Below, piece by piece: positions 45,586 to 53,413 of a DNA stretch of 64,000 bases. Both the position numbers and the translations under genes were made by a program. Numbering within the stretch: position 1 is the first letter of the stretch; each line of letters begins with the position of its first letter. A model generated the notes under the pieces. It did no database searches and had not been told where the DNA came from. It was given only the letters and a program-made list of their open reading frames with translations. The stretch comes from Clostridia bacterium (lineage in GTDB: Bacteria > Bacillota > Clostridia > UMGS1840): contig JAZQUU010000038.1 in the NCBI GenBank assembly GCA_045631485.1, forward strand, positions 89,856-153,855, in the 5' to 3' direction.

Positions 45586-47943
45586 TTGGAAACAAAAACC
45601 GTATCTCAGACTTTAGAATTTGATAAAATTTTAGCCCGTGCCAAAGAATATGCCGTGTTGGAGGAAACCAAAGAAAACATTCTTTCCCTGGAGCCGGAAA
45701 CCTCTTTGGGCGCCGTTTCCCGTTTGCTTAGTCAAACCGAAGCGGCAATGTCTCTTTTGGTGAAAGCAGGCAGTCCTCCCATTGATGCATTCGGCGAAAT
45801 GAGAGGAATTATCAAGCGTTTATCCATCGGCGGCTCTTTGTCTCAGAAAGAGCTTTTATCCACCGCAAGTCTTTTAAAATCCTCCCGTTCGTTAAAGGAA
45901 TATTTTGCCGATAATAAAACCGAAATTTTCTCCGATTACGAATATCGTCTCACCGCTCAGAAGCGGTTGGAAGAGGAAATTTTTATGAAAATTATTTCCG
46001 AGGACGAAGTGTCGGACAATGCCAGCGACGAGCTTTATAAAATCCGTCGGCAGAAGATCTCCGCCAACAACAAAATCAAGGAAACTCTGCAGAAATTCAC
46101 CAATTCCCAAAACTATAAAAAATTCCTGCAAAATGCGGCAGTTACTTTGCGAAATGACCGTTATGTGCTCCCCGTAAAGCAGGAATACCGCAACGAAATT
46201 CCCGGTCTTGTCCACGATTCCTCCGACTCGGGTGCCACCGTGTTTATCGAGCCTATGGCGATTGTTTCTTTAAACAACGACCTGCGGGAATTAGAATCCA
46301 AAGAAAAAGAAGAAATCGCAAAAATCCTCATTTATTTAAGCGGTCAGCTTTCGGGCATCTGGGAAGAAATTGAAGTGGCTTACGGACTGATTCTGGATTT
46401 GGATTTTATCTTCTGCAAAGCCAAATACAGCCGCAGCGTAAAAGGGGAAATCCCTCTTTTAAACGACCAAGGAAAAATCAACTTAAAAAAAGCAAGACAC
46501 CCTTTATTAAATCCCGAAACCGCCGTTCCCATCGATATTGAAATCGGTGACGGGTGTGACACTTTGGTAATTACCGGTCCCAACACGGGCGGTAAAACCG
46601 TTTCCTTAAAAACCTTGGGTCTTCTCACCTTAATGGCACAAAGCGGCTTCGCCATCCCCACCTTTATGGGAAGCGAAATTGCCGTTTACGAACACATTTT
46701 TGCCGACATCGGAGACGAGCAGAGCATTGAGCAATCTCTGTCCACGTTCTCCTCTCACATGACGAGAATTGTGTCGATTTTAAAAAATGCCACCTTCGGA
46801 AGTCTTGCTCTCTTTGATGAATTGGGTGCAGGCACCGACCCCACCGAGGGTGCGGCACTTGCCATTGAAATTATTGAATATTTAAGAAAACGGGGTGTCA
46901 CCGTGGCGGCAACCACCCACTACCCCGAACTGAAATTGTATGCCCTTTCCCAAAACGGCGTACAGAACGCCTCGCTGGAATTCTCTGTGGAAACGCTGAT
47001 GCCCACATATCGCCTCATAATGGGGATGCCTGGGAAAAGTAACGCCTTTGCCATTTCCAAGCGTTTAGGCCTATCAGACGAAGTTTTAGAGGCAGCCGAA
47101 AAACGACTCTCTGCCGATGCCATCCGTTTTGAAGATGTGTTAACCGTGATTGATGAGCAAAGAATCAAAGCAGAACGGGATCAGCAGGAAGCCGAACTTT
47201 TAAAAGAAAAAATCCGTTCTTTGGAAGAGGAATTATCCTCCAAAAAAGATGATGCGCTTGCAAAAAACCGAGAAATCATCGAAAAAGCACGGCAGCAAGC
47301 TATGGAAATCATCGAGGAAGCTCAGGAAAAAGCAGAGGGTATCATTCAGAAATTAAATCAGGAAGCAAAAAATCAACGGGAACGCGCCAAAGCCGTTGGC
47401 GAAGCAAGAAAACAACTGGCAGAAGAACGGCAGAAGCAGGCACAAAAACTTGCCAACGAAGAAAAGAAAAAGCAGAACCCCTTAACCCCCAAAGAATTAA
47501 AAGTGGGTATGACGGTGATGATGGACGATTTCGATACCCCCGTTACCGTGGATATTCTGCCCGACGATAAGGGAAATCTGACTGTTTTGGCAGGAATTAT
47601 GCGCATTAAAACCAACATCGCAAATCTGTCCCGTTGCGAAGCGAAAAAGCAAAAACCTCAGCACAGTCCCTATCGGAATGCAAGTGCAAGAGGCAAAGAA
47701 ATCCGTCCCGAATTAGACCTTCGGGGAATGAATTTGGAGGAAGCGGAATATGTGACCGAAAAATTCATTGACGATGCGGTGTTAGCCAACATTCCCTCCG
47801 TGGTGATTATTCACGGAAAAGGCACCGGCGTGCTTCGTGCAGGTATCCATCAGTTACTTAAGAAAAACAAATCGGTAAAATCCTTCCGTTTAGGAAACTT
47901 CGGCGAGGGCGAAGCAGGAGTTACCATTTGCGAAATGAAATAA
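45586..47943 (+). CDS. mutS2: endonuclease MutS2 (MutS family with C-terminal Smr domain)
   Basis: TTG start. Walker A ITGPNTGGKTVSLK, DELGAGTDP, a coiled-coil region, and Smr LDLRGMNLEEAEY...VIIHGKGTGVLR. Confidence 0.93.
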   Translation: METKTVSQTLEFDKILARAKEYAVLEETKENILSLEPETSLGAVSRLLSQTEAAMSLLVKAGSPPIDAFGEMRGIIKRLSIGGSLSQKELLSTASLLKSSRSLKEYFADNKTEIFSDYEYRLTAQKRLEEEIFMKIISEDEVSDNASDELYKIRRQKISANNKIKETLQKFTNSQNYKKFLQNAAVTLRNDRYVLPVKQEYRNEIPGLVHDSSDSGATVFIEPMAIVSLNNDLRELESKEKEEIAKILIYLSGQLSGIWEEIEVAYGLILDLDFIFCKAKYSRSVKGEIPLLNDQGKINLKKARHPLLNPETAVPIDIEIGDGCDTLVITGPNTGGKTVSLKTLGLLTLMAQSGFAIPTFMGSEIAVYEHIFADIGDEQSIEQSLSTFSSHMTRIVSILKNATFGSLALFDELGAGTDPTEGAALAIEIIEYLRKRGVTVAATTHYPELKLYALSQNGVQNASLEFSVETLMPTYRLIMGMPGKSNAFAISKRLGLSDEVLEAAEKRLSADAIRFEDVLTVIDEQRIKAERDQQEAELLKEKIRSLEEELSSKKDDALAKNREIIEKARQQAMEIIEEAQEKAEGIIQKLNQEAKNQRERAKAVGEARKQLAEERQKQAQKLANEEKKKQNPLTPKELKVGMTVMMDDFDTPVTVDILPDDKGNLTVLAGIMRIKTNIANLSRCEAKKQKPQHSPYRNASARGKEIRPELDLRGMNLEEAEYVTEKFIDDAVLANIPSVVIIHGKGTGVLRAGIHQLLKKNKSVKSFRLGNFGEGEAGVTICEMK

Positions 47944-47956
47944 GGAGTTTTTTAAT

Positions 47957-48352
47957 ATGAATGCAATCGGCGTAACCAATAAACATCAGTTCACCGTCAC
48001 CGAAAATCACACTGCTATCGCATTGGAAAGCGGAAACGCACGGGTGTTATCCACCCCCTACTTAGTGGCGATGCTGGAAAAAGCGGCACACGAATTATGT
48101 TTCCCCTATTTAGAAGACGGCACCGCTACGGTAGGCACCGAAATGAATATGAAGCACATGGCAGCCACCCCCGTTGGCATGAATGTGACCGTGTCTGCCA
48201 CCGTGACCGAATGGGAAGGCAGAAAAATTGTCTTCTCGGTGGAAGCTTATGACGAGGTGGAAAAAATCGCAGAAGGAACCCACACCAGATTTGTGGTTTT
48301 TAAGGAAAAGTTTCAAACAAGATGCGATGCAAAGAACGGGCTCGAAAAATAA
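47957..48352 (+). CDS. hotdog-fold thioesterase family protein
   Basis: 131 aa. The pattern LSTPYLVAMLEKAA...GTEMNMKHMAATPVG...V.A.V.E..GRKI.F.VEA is typical of small FlK/PaaI-like thioesterases. Confidence 0.6.
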   Translation: MNAIGVTNKHQFTVTENHTAIALESGNARVLSTPYLVAMLEKAAHELCFPYLEDGTATVGTEMNMKHMAATPVGMNVTVSATVTEWEGRKIVFSVEAYDEVEKIAEGTHTRFVVFKEKFQTRCDAKNGLEK

Positions 48353-48365
48353 AAAATGAAAACGC

Positions 48366-48402
48366 AACAAAAAAATCGCAGTGAAATCCACTGCGATTTT
48401 TA
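48366..48402. terminator. bidirectional rho-independent terminator (thioesterase on the plus strand, RAYT/pepQ unit on the minus strand)
   Basis: aatcgcagtg (48374-48383) pairs with cactgcgatt (48389-48398), a perfect 10-bp stem. A-run before and T-run after. Confidence 0.75.
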
Positions 48403-48909
48403 TTATTTTTCGGCATTATAGAAACAATCCGATTCCCATTTTAATGGGTTAGTTTCGATATATTCCGCTATTTTTAAATAATCTTGTTCGTTACGGATAA
48501 TATGGTCATGGAATGACCGTTGCCACACATTTTCGCCACATTCTTTATTACAAAATCGCTTGAAAGTGCTGACAAAATTTGAAAGCAAAGATTTTGTAGG
48601 GACCGACGTCCTCGGCGGTCCGTTGTCGCTATCTTCGATTTGTATCAGCAGGTGAATATGATTTGGCATAATCACATATTTTGTAATTGATATATTATCA
48701 TAAAAATTGCACATAGACAAAAGATGTTTATTTGCTATTTCCCCGCGTGGATACAGTATGTTTTGCGGGGCGTCGAGGACGTCGCCCCCTACAATAATTT
48801 CAGACAAAATTTTACGTCTGTCCTTGGTGCAGATTGTCACAAAATATGCACCCGGGCGGGAATAATCATAATCTTTCAATCGGGTGGGTTTTCGGTTTGG
48901 AAATTCCAT
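48403..48909 (-). CDS. REP-associated tyrosine transposase-like (RAYT / IS200-like Y1 HUH) protein
   Basis: RLKDYDYSRPGAYFVTICTKDR, HUH motif VIMPNHIHLLIQ, C-terminal WQRSFHDHIIRNEQDYLKIAEYIETNPLKWE. The start lies 3 nt after the upstream stop. Confidence 0.75.
   Translation of the reverse strand: MEFPNRKPTRLKDYDYSRPGAYFVTICTKDRRKILSEIIVGGDVLDAPQNILYPRGEIANKHLLSMCNFYDNISITKYVIMPNHIHLLIQIEDSDNGPPRTSVPTKSLLSNFVSTFKRFCNKECGENVWQRSFHDHIIRNEQDYLKIAEYIETNPLKWESDCFYNAEK
48595..48621. repeat. REP-like hairpin embedded in the RAYT ORF (copy a)
   Basis: tgtagggaccgacgtcctcggcggtcc: stem ggaccg/cggtcc plus inner cg/cg. Encodes GPPRTSVPT on the coding strand. Confidence 0.7.
48767..48793. repeat. REP-like hairpin embedded in the RAYT ORF (copy b, inverted relative to copy a)
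   Basis: ggggcgtcgaggacgtcgccccctaca; its reverse complement tgtagggggcgacgtcctcgacgcccc aligns to copy a with compensatory stem changes. Encodes VGGDVLDAP. Confidence 0.7.
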
Positions 48910-48912
48910 TTC

Positions 48913-49974
48913 TTACAGCACCGTTAATTCTTTTTCCAATTTGGTGGTGGAATATAATTTCCCGTCTTCCAAATAGCAGGTATCTTCAATACGGATACCG
49001 AATTCGCCGGGCAGATAAATTCCCGGTTCGTTGGAGAACACCATTCCGTTCTCAAATACTTCGCTGCTGGAATGTCCCAGGGTGGGATGTTCGTGAATTT
49101 TCACACCTACACCGTGTCCCAGACTATGCCCGAACACACCTTTGTATCCTTTGCTTTCAATATAATCACGGGCAACTTTATCCGCATCGGCACAAGCTTT
49201 TCCAACACCGATAAAATCCCACGCCATTTTATGGGCGGTTAACACCGTTTCATAAGCGTGCTTCGCTTTGTCGGACACCTTACCGAAAAACACGGTTCGG
49301 GTAACATCGGAGCAATACCCCTCATACACACAACCGAAATCACAAAGCAAGGCGTCTCCCGAGGCAAGCTTTCTCTGGGACGGCTCCCCGTGAGGCATTG
49401 CGGCACGCTCGCCAAACAAAACAATGGTATCAAAAGAAGTTTTTTGGGCACCGTGGCGCGTCATCTGATATTCTAGCTCCGCCTTTAATTCCAACTCGGT
49501 TACCCCCTCTTTCACCAAGGGCAGCATTTTCAGATACGCGGTATCCGCAATCCGTTGTGCCTGCTGCAGTTTGAACAACTCGGAGGCATCTTTAATAAGT
49601 CGCAAATCCATAATCATACTTTTCACATTGGGGAAGTTGGTATTGGGAAAATGGTCTAAGAGCATCTTATAAAAATGAACGGTTAAAAACTGCTGCTCAA
49701 TATACACGGTGGATTCACTCATCAGTTCTTTTAATTTGGAGACCAAAGAACCCTCGGTTACCACCGTAAACCCTGCTTCGTTTTCCTTTGCCGCCGTTTC
49801 ATAACGAAAATCGGTTAACAAATAGGCTTTGTGGCGGGTGATATATAAATGAATATTGGAGGAATTGATGCCCGAAAAATAGAAGGCATTTTTTGGGTCG
49901 CTGACTAAAATTCCCTCTTGTTCGGCTAACTGATTCCGCAATTTCAAAAGACGCGATTCGTAAAACTGTTTCAT
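48913..49974 (-). CDS. M24-family Xaa-Pro peptidase
   Basis: Creatinase/prolidase N-domain plus the pita-bread metal ligands (DFGCVYEGYCSDVTRT, GHSLGHGVG..HE, EPGIY, IRIEDT). Start at the ATG at 49974 (MKQFYESRL). Confidence 0.85.
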   Translation of the reverse strand: MKQFYESRLLKLRNQLAEQEGILVSDPKNAFYFSGINSSNIHLYITRHKAYLLTDFRYETAAKENEAGFTVVTEGSLVSKLKELMSESTVYIEQQFLTVHFYKMLLDHFPNTNFPNVKSMIMDLRLIKDASELFKLQQAQRIADTAYLKMLPLVKEGVTELELKAELEYQMTRHGAQKTSFDTIVLFGERAAMPHGEPSQRKLASGDALLCDFGCVYEGYCSDVTRTVFFGKVSDKAKHAYETVLTAHKMAWDFIGVGKACADADKVARDYIESKGYKGVFGHSLGHGVGVKIHEHPTLGHSSSEVFENGMVFSNEPGIYLPGEFGIRIEDTCYLEDGKLYSTTKLEKELTVL

Positions 49975-49987
49975 AATTGATTCCTTA

Positions 49988-50836
49988 TTAAAGCTGATTA
50001 AAATAATTCGCCATAGAAAGGGCATCCTTATCTTGCGTACCTGCCGATTCGCAGATAATCATGGGAGTGAAGCCTTTTTCGTGCACCGCCTCCAGAAAGG
50101 GCTCAAAATCGGGACCAAACTCGGTATCTTCAAAGGTTAAATGCCGTTTTTCGCCCTGATTGGTGTACTCGATTTTGGAGAAATGACAATGGAATTTTTT
50201 TGCCTTTTCAATACCTAACTTTTTCTCCATTTTATTAAGGAGCACAAGATAATCTTCTTTGGTTTTTAAGCTTCCCAAAGTTCTGCAGTTTAAATGCCCG
50301 AAATCAATGGCAGGTAATAACATTTCGTGAGTGGTGCAAAGCTTGATTACCTCATCAAAATCACCGAGCTGATTGATTTTACCCATCACCTCGGGACAAA
50401 GATAAATGCCGTCATACCCCTCTTCTCTGGCACGCTCAAGGGTTTTATGCAGAGTATCCAACGAAAGCTCATAAGCTTTTGCTCTGGTCATTTTGGCACA
50501 GGAGCCGGAATGAACCACAATGCGGTCGGCACCCATCTCTTTTGCCACCCGAAAACACGCCAGCAAATATTCCACACTATTCTCACGTTTTTTGGGGTCT
50601 GTGGAGGAAAGACTCACATAATACTGACTGTGAATGGATAAATGCACCCCGTGTTTTTTCGCTTCTTCTCCTAAAATACGAGCACTGTCCATCGAAATAT
50701 GAACACCCTTGTTGCATTGGTATTCATACCCGTTTAAGCCGATTTTAGCAAGATATTCGGGTCTGTCTAAGGAAGATTTATGCCCGTCGTCATAATATTG
50801 TTCACTATTGCCGCCGGGGCCAAAAATAATATTCAT
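49988..50836 (-). CDS. endonuclease IV-like / AP-endonuclease-2 TIM-barrel protein
   Basis: 282 aa. Motifs LSIHSQYYVSL, IVVHSG, AIDFGHLN are consistent with the Nfo-like metal-binding barrel. Confidence 0.55.
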   Translation of the reverse strand: MNIIFGPGGNSEQYYDDGHKSSLDRPEYLAKIGLNGYEYQCNKGVHISMDSARILGEEAKKHGVHLSIHSQYYVSLSSTDPKKRENSVEYLLACFRVAKEMGADRIVVHSGSCAKMTRAKAYELSLDTLHKTLERAREEGYDGIYLCPEVMGKINQLGDFDEVIKLCTTHEMLLPAIDFGHLNCRTLGSLKTKEDYLVLLNKMEKKLGIEKAKKFHCHFSKIEYTNQGEKRHLTFEDTEFGPDFEPFLEAVHEKGFTPMIICESAGTQDKDALSMANYFNQL

Positions 50837-50843
50837 AACAAAT

Positions 50844-51317
50844 TTATTTCCTTTTTATAATTTTCTTTTCCAAAAAGCGGCGAAGTGCCATTCCACGACC
50901 TTTGTCGGGACCGAAAGGCTCCACCATCGCACATTGGATGCCGAGCAGTTTTGCACATAAAATGTCGGTAAAAAACTGGTCGCCAACCAAGAGCACTTCC
51001 CTTTTAGCATACCCCTTAACAAGCTTTGCCAAACGGAAGGGCAAGGGCTTTAAGGAATACCCATGTGCCTCAATTTTGTGTTCGCCGAACGCCTTTTCGA
51101 TACGGTGGGTTTTTCCGTTGGATGCAACCATCACCCGAATGCCGGAATTTCTGATTTCTTCCACCAAAGCCACACGCTCGGGTAAAATAGAATCTGTCTG
51201 TGCCAAAATCAAAGTGGCATCTGCATCGAAAATCAGAAGACGAATCTTATTCTGTTGTAAAAACGAAGGCGTCACCGCCTCCACATTCGGTAATAAGAAA
51301 TCAGGTTGTAAACTCAT
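50844..51317 (-). CDS. YqeG-family HAD-IIIA phosphatase
   Basis: IRLLIFDADATL (DxDxT-type motif), VASNG, LLVGDQFFTDI. Start at the ATG at 51317 after GAGG. Confidence 0.75.
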   Translation of the reverse strand: MSLQPDFLLPNVEAVTPSFLQQNKIRLLIFDADATLILAQTDSILPERVALVEEIRNSGIRVMVASNGKTHRIEKAFGEHKIEAHGYSLKPLPFRLAKLVKGYAKREVLLVGDQFFTDILCAKLLGIQCAMVEPFGPDKGRGMALRRFLEKKIIKRK

Positions 51318-51437
51318 AAAAACCTCTGCATTTGTCGGGGAATCAAAATTTTGTGATATTACGGGAGAAATTTTGCTCTCCACTCCCTAAGTTTAGCATA
51401 TTTTCCAAAAAAATTCAATAGAAATCATAAAAAAACA

Positions 51438-51466
51438 TTGACAAACCAACTTTCTTTTGATATAAT
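51438..51466 (+). promoter_or_regulatory. consensus sigma-A promoter of tRNA-Arg
   Basis: TTGACA (51438-51443), exactly 17 nt, TATAAT (51461-51466). The tRNA starts 30 nt downstream. Confidence 0.8.
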
Positions 51467-51495
51467 ACCACTGTTGCAAACATAAAAGTTTGTAT

Positions 51496-51572
51496 GCGCC
51501 TTTACCTCAGCTGGATAGAGGGTTCGGCTACGAACCGAAATGTCGGGGGTTCGAGTCCCTCAAGGCGCGCCA
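51496..51572 (+). tRNA. tRNA-Arg (anticodon ACG), CCA encoded
   Basis: Manual cloverleaf: acceptor GCGCCTT/AAGGCGC, D arm CCTC-AGCTGGATA-GAGG, anticodon arm TTCGG-CTACGAA-CCGAA, variable ATGTC, T arm GGGGG-TTCGAGT-CCCTC, discriminator G, CCA. Confidence 0.9.
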
Positions 51573-51576
51573 AGAA

Positions 51577-51610
51577 AAGAGCAGATGCCGTTTACGGTGT
51601 CTGCTTTTTT
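51577..51610 (+). terminator. rho-independent terminator after tRNA-Arg
   Basis: gcagatgccg pairs with cggtgtctgc, a 10-bp stem including 2 G-U pairs, with a ttta loop. tttttt follows. Confidence 0.7.
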
Positions 51611-51685
51611 ATTTCTTATAGCAACTTACAACCACACATTTCACAAATAAAAAAAGACTGTTTCTAAAACGAATGGAACAGTCTT

Positions 51686-51892
51686 TTATTCTTTTTCAAA
51701 TCTGATAATATCTTCCACTTGGCAATCTAACACATAGCAAAGAGCATCCAGTGTTTTCGTGCTGATTGCCTCACCTTTTTTAATGCGGTGCAACGTATTA
51801 GCAGAAAAACCCTGTTTAAAAATCAAATAGTATTCTGTTAATCCTTTTTTATAGAGAGTTTCATAGAATGGTTTATAACTTATCACTTTCAT
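51686..51892 (-). CDS. XRE-family helix-turn-helix transcriptional regulator (short, ~67 aa)
   Basis: (M)KVISYKPFYETLYKKGLTEYYLIFKQGFSANTLHRIKKGEAISTKTLDALCYVLDCQVEDIIRF is the standard small HTH pattern. Start is either the ATG at 51892 or the GTG at 51886, which has better RBS spacing. Confidence 0.7.
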   Translation of the reverse strand: MKVISYKPFYETLYKKGLTEYYLIFKQGFSANTLHRIKKGEAISTKTLDALCYVLDCQVEDIIRFEKE

Positions 51893-51992
51893 CACCTTTT
51901 TTATTATATCATACTCAACCTCTTGACAATACTTAATATATTGAGTATAATGTATTAAAAACAAAAACCTAACACAAGGAGAATGTTAGACT

Positions 51993-53249
51993 ATGAAAAA
52001 ACTCAAAATTATTATGGTAATGGTCTTCGTATTAGGGATTTTCTTATCGTTTAGAATCTCCACTAATGCGGAAACAGACAATGTCTACCAATATTCCATC
52101 AACAACGAAGAAGTAACCATTACCGGTGTTACATCAAAAGAAGAATTCTCAGGCAAACAAGTAATACCTGATAAAATAGAAGGCTATCCTGTTACCAAAA
52201 TTAGATTTGGTGCATTTTCAAATTGTATGTCTCTCACATCAATTACAATCCCAGATACCGTAGTGGACATTGGCTTTTCAGCTTTTGACGAATGTACTTC
52301 CTTAGAAGAAATCACAATGCCAAAAGATGTTTACGGAACAGAAGAAGCTTCAAGATTCGGATATATATTTGGATACCAAACTCTAGCAGATGGGCCAATA
52401 TTACATTATCAACCATCTTATCCCGCATTAAACCCTGAATATACAATAGGAACCTATGCACCTGAAGGTAAAACATATCAAAATTATACATATCCCTATA
52501 AAGAATGGCATACAGGCATTGCCTATAATCATTACCGTCGATACTACTATTATAACATTCCAACCTCTCTGAAAAAGGTAAAAATTACAAACGATACTGT
52601 TATTGATGCAAATGCTTTTTATAACTGCAATAATCTAAAAGAAATCGTGCTTTGCAATCAAATTTCAACAATTGAGCAAAATGCATTCTACAACTGTTCA
52701 GGCATAGAAACAATCTATTTTAACGGCGGTGCAACTCAATGGAATGAAATTAATATAGATACAACCAACACCGCAATCGAAAACGCAACTAAAAGATTTA
52801 TTTTTTATGTAACAATTTATGGAGAAAATGGAAAAACCTTGATTAATAAAACGTATGAAGAAAATTCCATTTTGAACATCCCAAAAAAAGACGGCTACAT
52901 ACCTAAACTGTTTACGGACACGGACTGCACCAACGAATTTGAACCAACGACCCCCATTACCAAAAATCTTATTTTGCATTTACGCTACCAATTAATCCAA
53001 ACTACCACGTCTATTTATAAATATGATAAATTCAATCTGCTTACAATAACACCTCATAACGTAGAAATCGGAAACAGTATTATTCTTGCTCTTTACACAG
53101 GTGACACACTGACAGATGTCCACGCAGATACATTCAAAGGTAATGATATTCAATTTATAACTGATACCCCATACACCGCAGCGAAGATATTCGTTTGGAA
53201 TAGTTTACAAGATTCAATCCCTCTATGCGCTCCGGAAATTCTTGAGTAA
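51993..53249 (+). CDS. secreted BspA-type leucine-rich-repeat protein
   Basis: Signal peptide. Repeated AF..C..L..I.IP..V..I motifs (FGAFSNCMSLTSITIPDTVVDIGFSAFDECTSLEEITMP; ANAFYNCNNLKEIVL; QNAFYNCSGIETIYF). Confidence 0.75.
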   Translation: MKKLKIIMVMVFVLGIFLSFRISTNAETDNVYQYSINNEEVTITGVTSKEEFSGKQVIPDKIEGYPVTKIRFGAFSNCMSLTSITIPDTVVDIGFSAFDECTSLEEITMPKDVYGTEEASRFGYIFGYQTLADGPILHYQPSYPALNPEYTIGTYAPEGKTYQNYTYPYKEWHTGIAYNHYRRYYYYNIPTSLKKVKITNDTVIDANAFYNCNNLKEIVLCNQISTIEQNAFYNCSGIETIYFNGGATQWNEINIDTTNTAIENATKRFIFYVTIYGENGKTLINKTYEENSILNIPKKDGYIPKLFTDTDCTNEFEPTTPITKNLILHLRYQLIQTTTSIYKYDKFNLLTITPHNVEIGNSIILALYTGDTLTDVHADTFKGNDIQFITDTPYTAAKIFVWNSLQDSIPLCAPEILE

Positions 53250-53270
53250 TAGCAGTTATAATCAACAAAA

Positions 53271-53304
53271 AAGTTCAGACACCAGAGGTGTCTGAACTTT
53301 TTTG
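53271..53304 (+). terminator. rho-independent terminator after the LRR gene
   Basis: agttcagacacc pairs with ggtgtctgaact, a perfect 12-bp stem with a 3-nt loop. tttttt follows. Confidence 0.85.
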
Positions 53305-53413
53305 TTAAGAGAACTTTACACAAAATGCGAACAAACATTCGTATTGCGTATTGACAAATGGGCAAAAAAGGTGTATGATAACAAATAAGCAACAAGAAAG
53401 GAGGAAACCAAAG

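Noticed and set aside
50902-51390. 162-aa plus-strand ORF
   Set aside because: It is antisense to the YqeG-family phosphatase gene, which has the HAD motifs.
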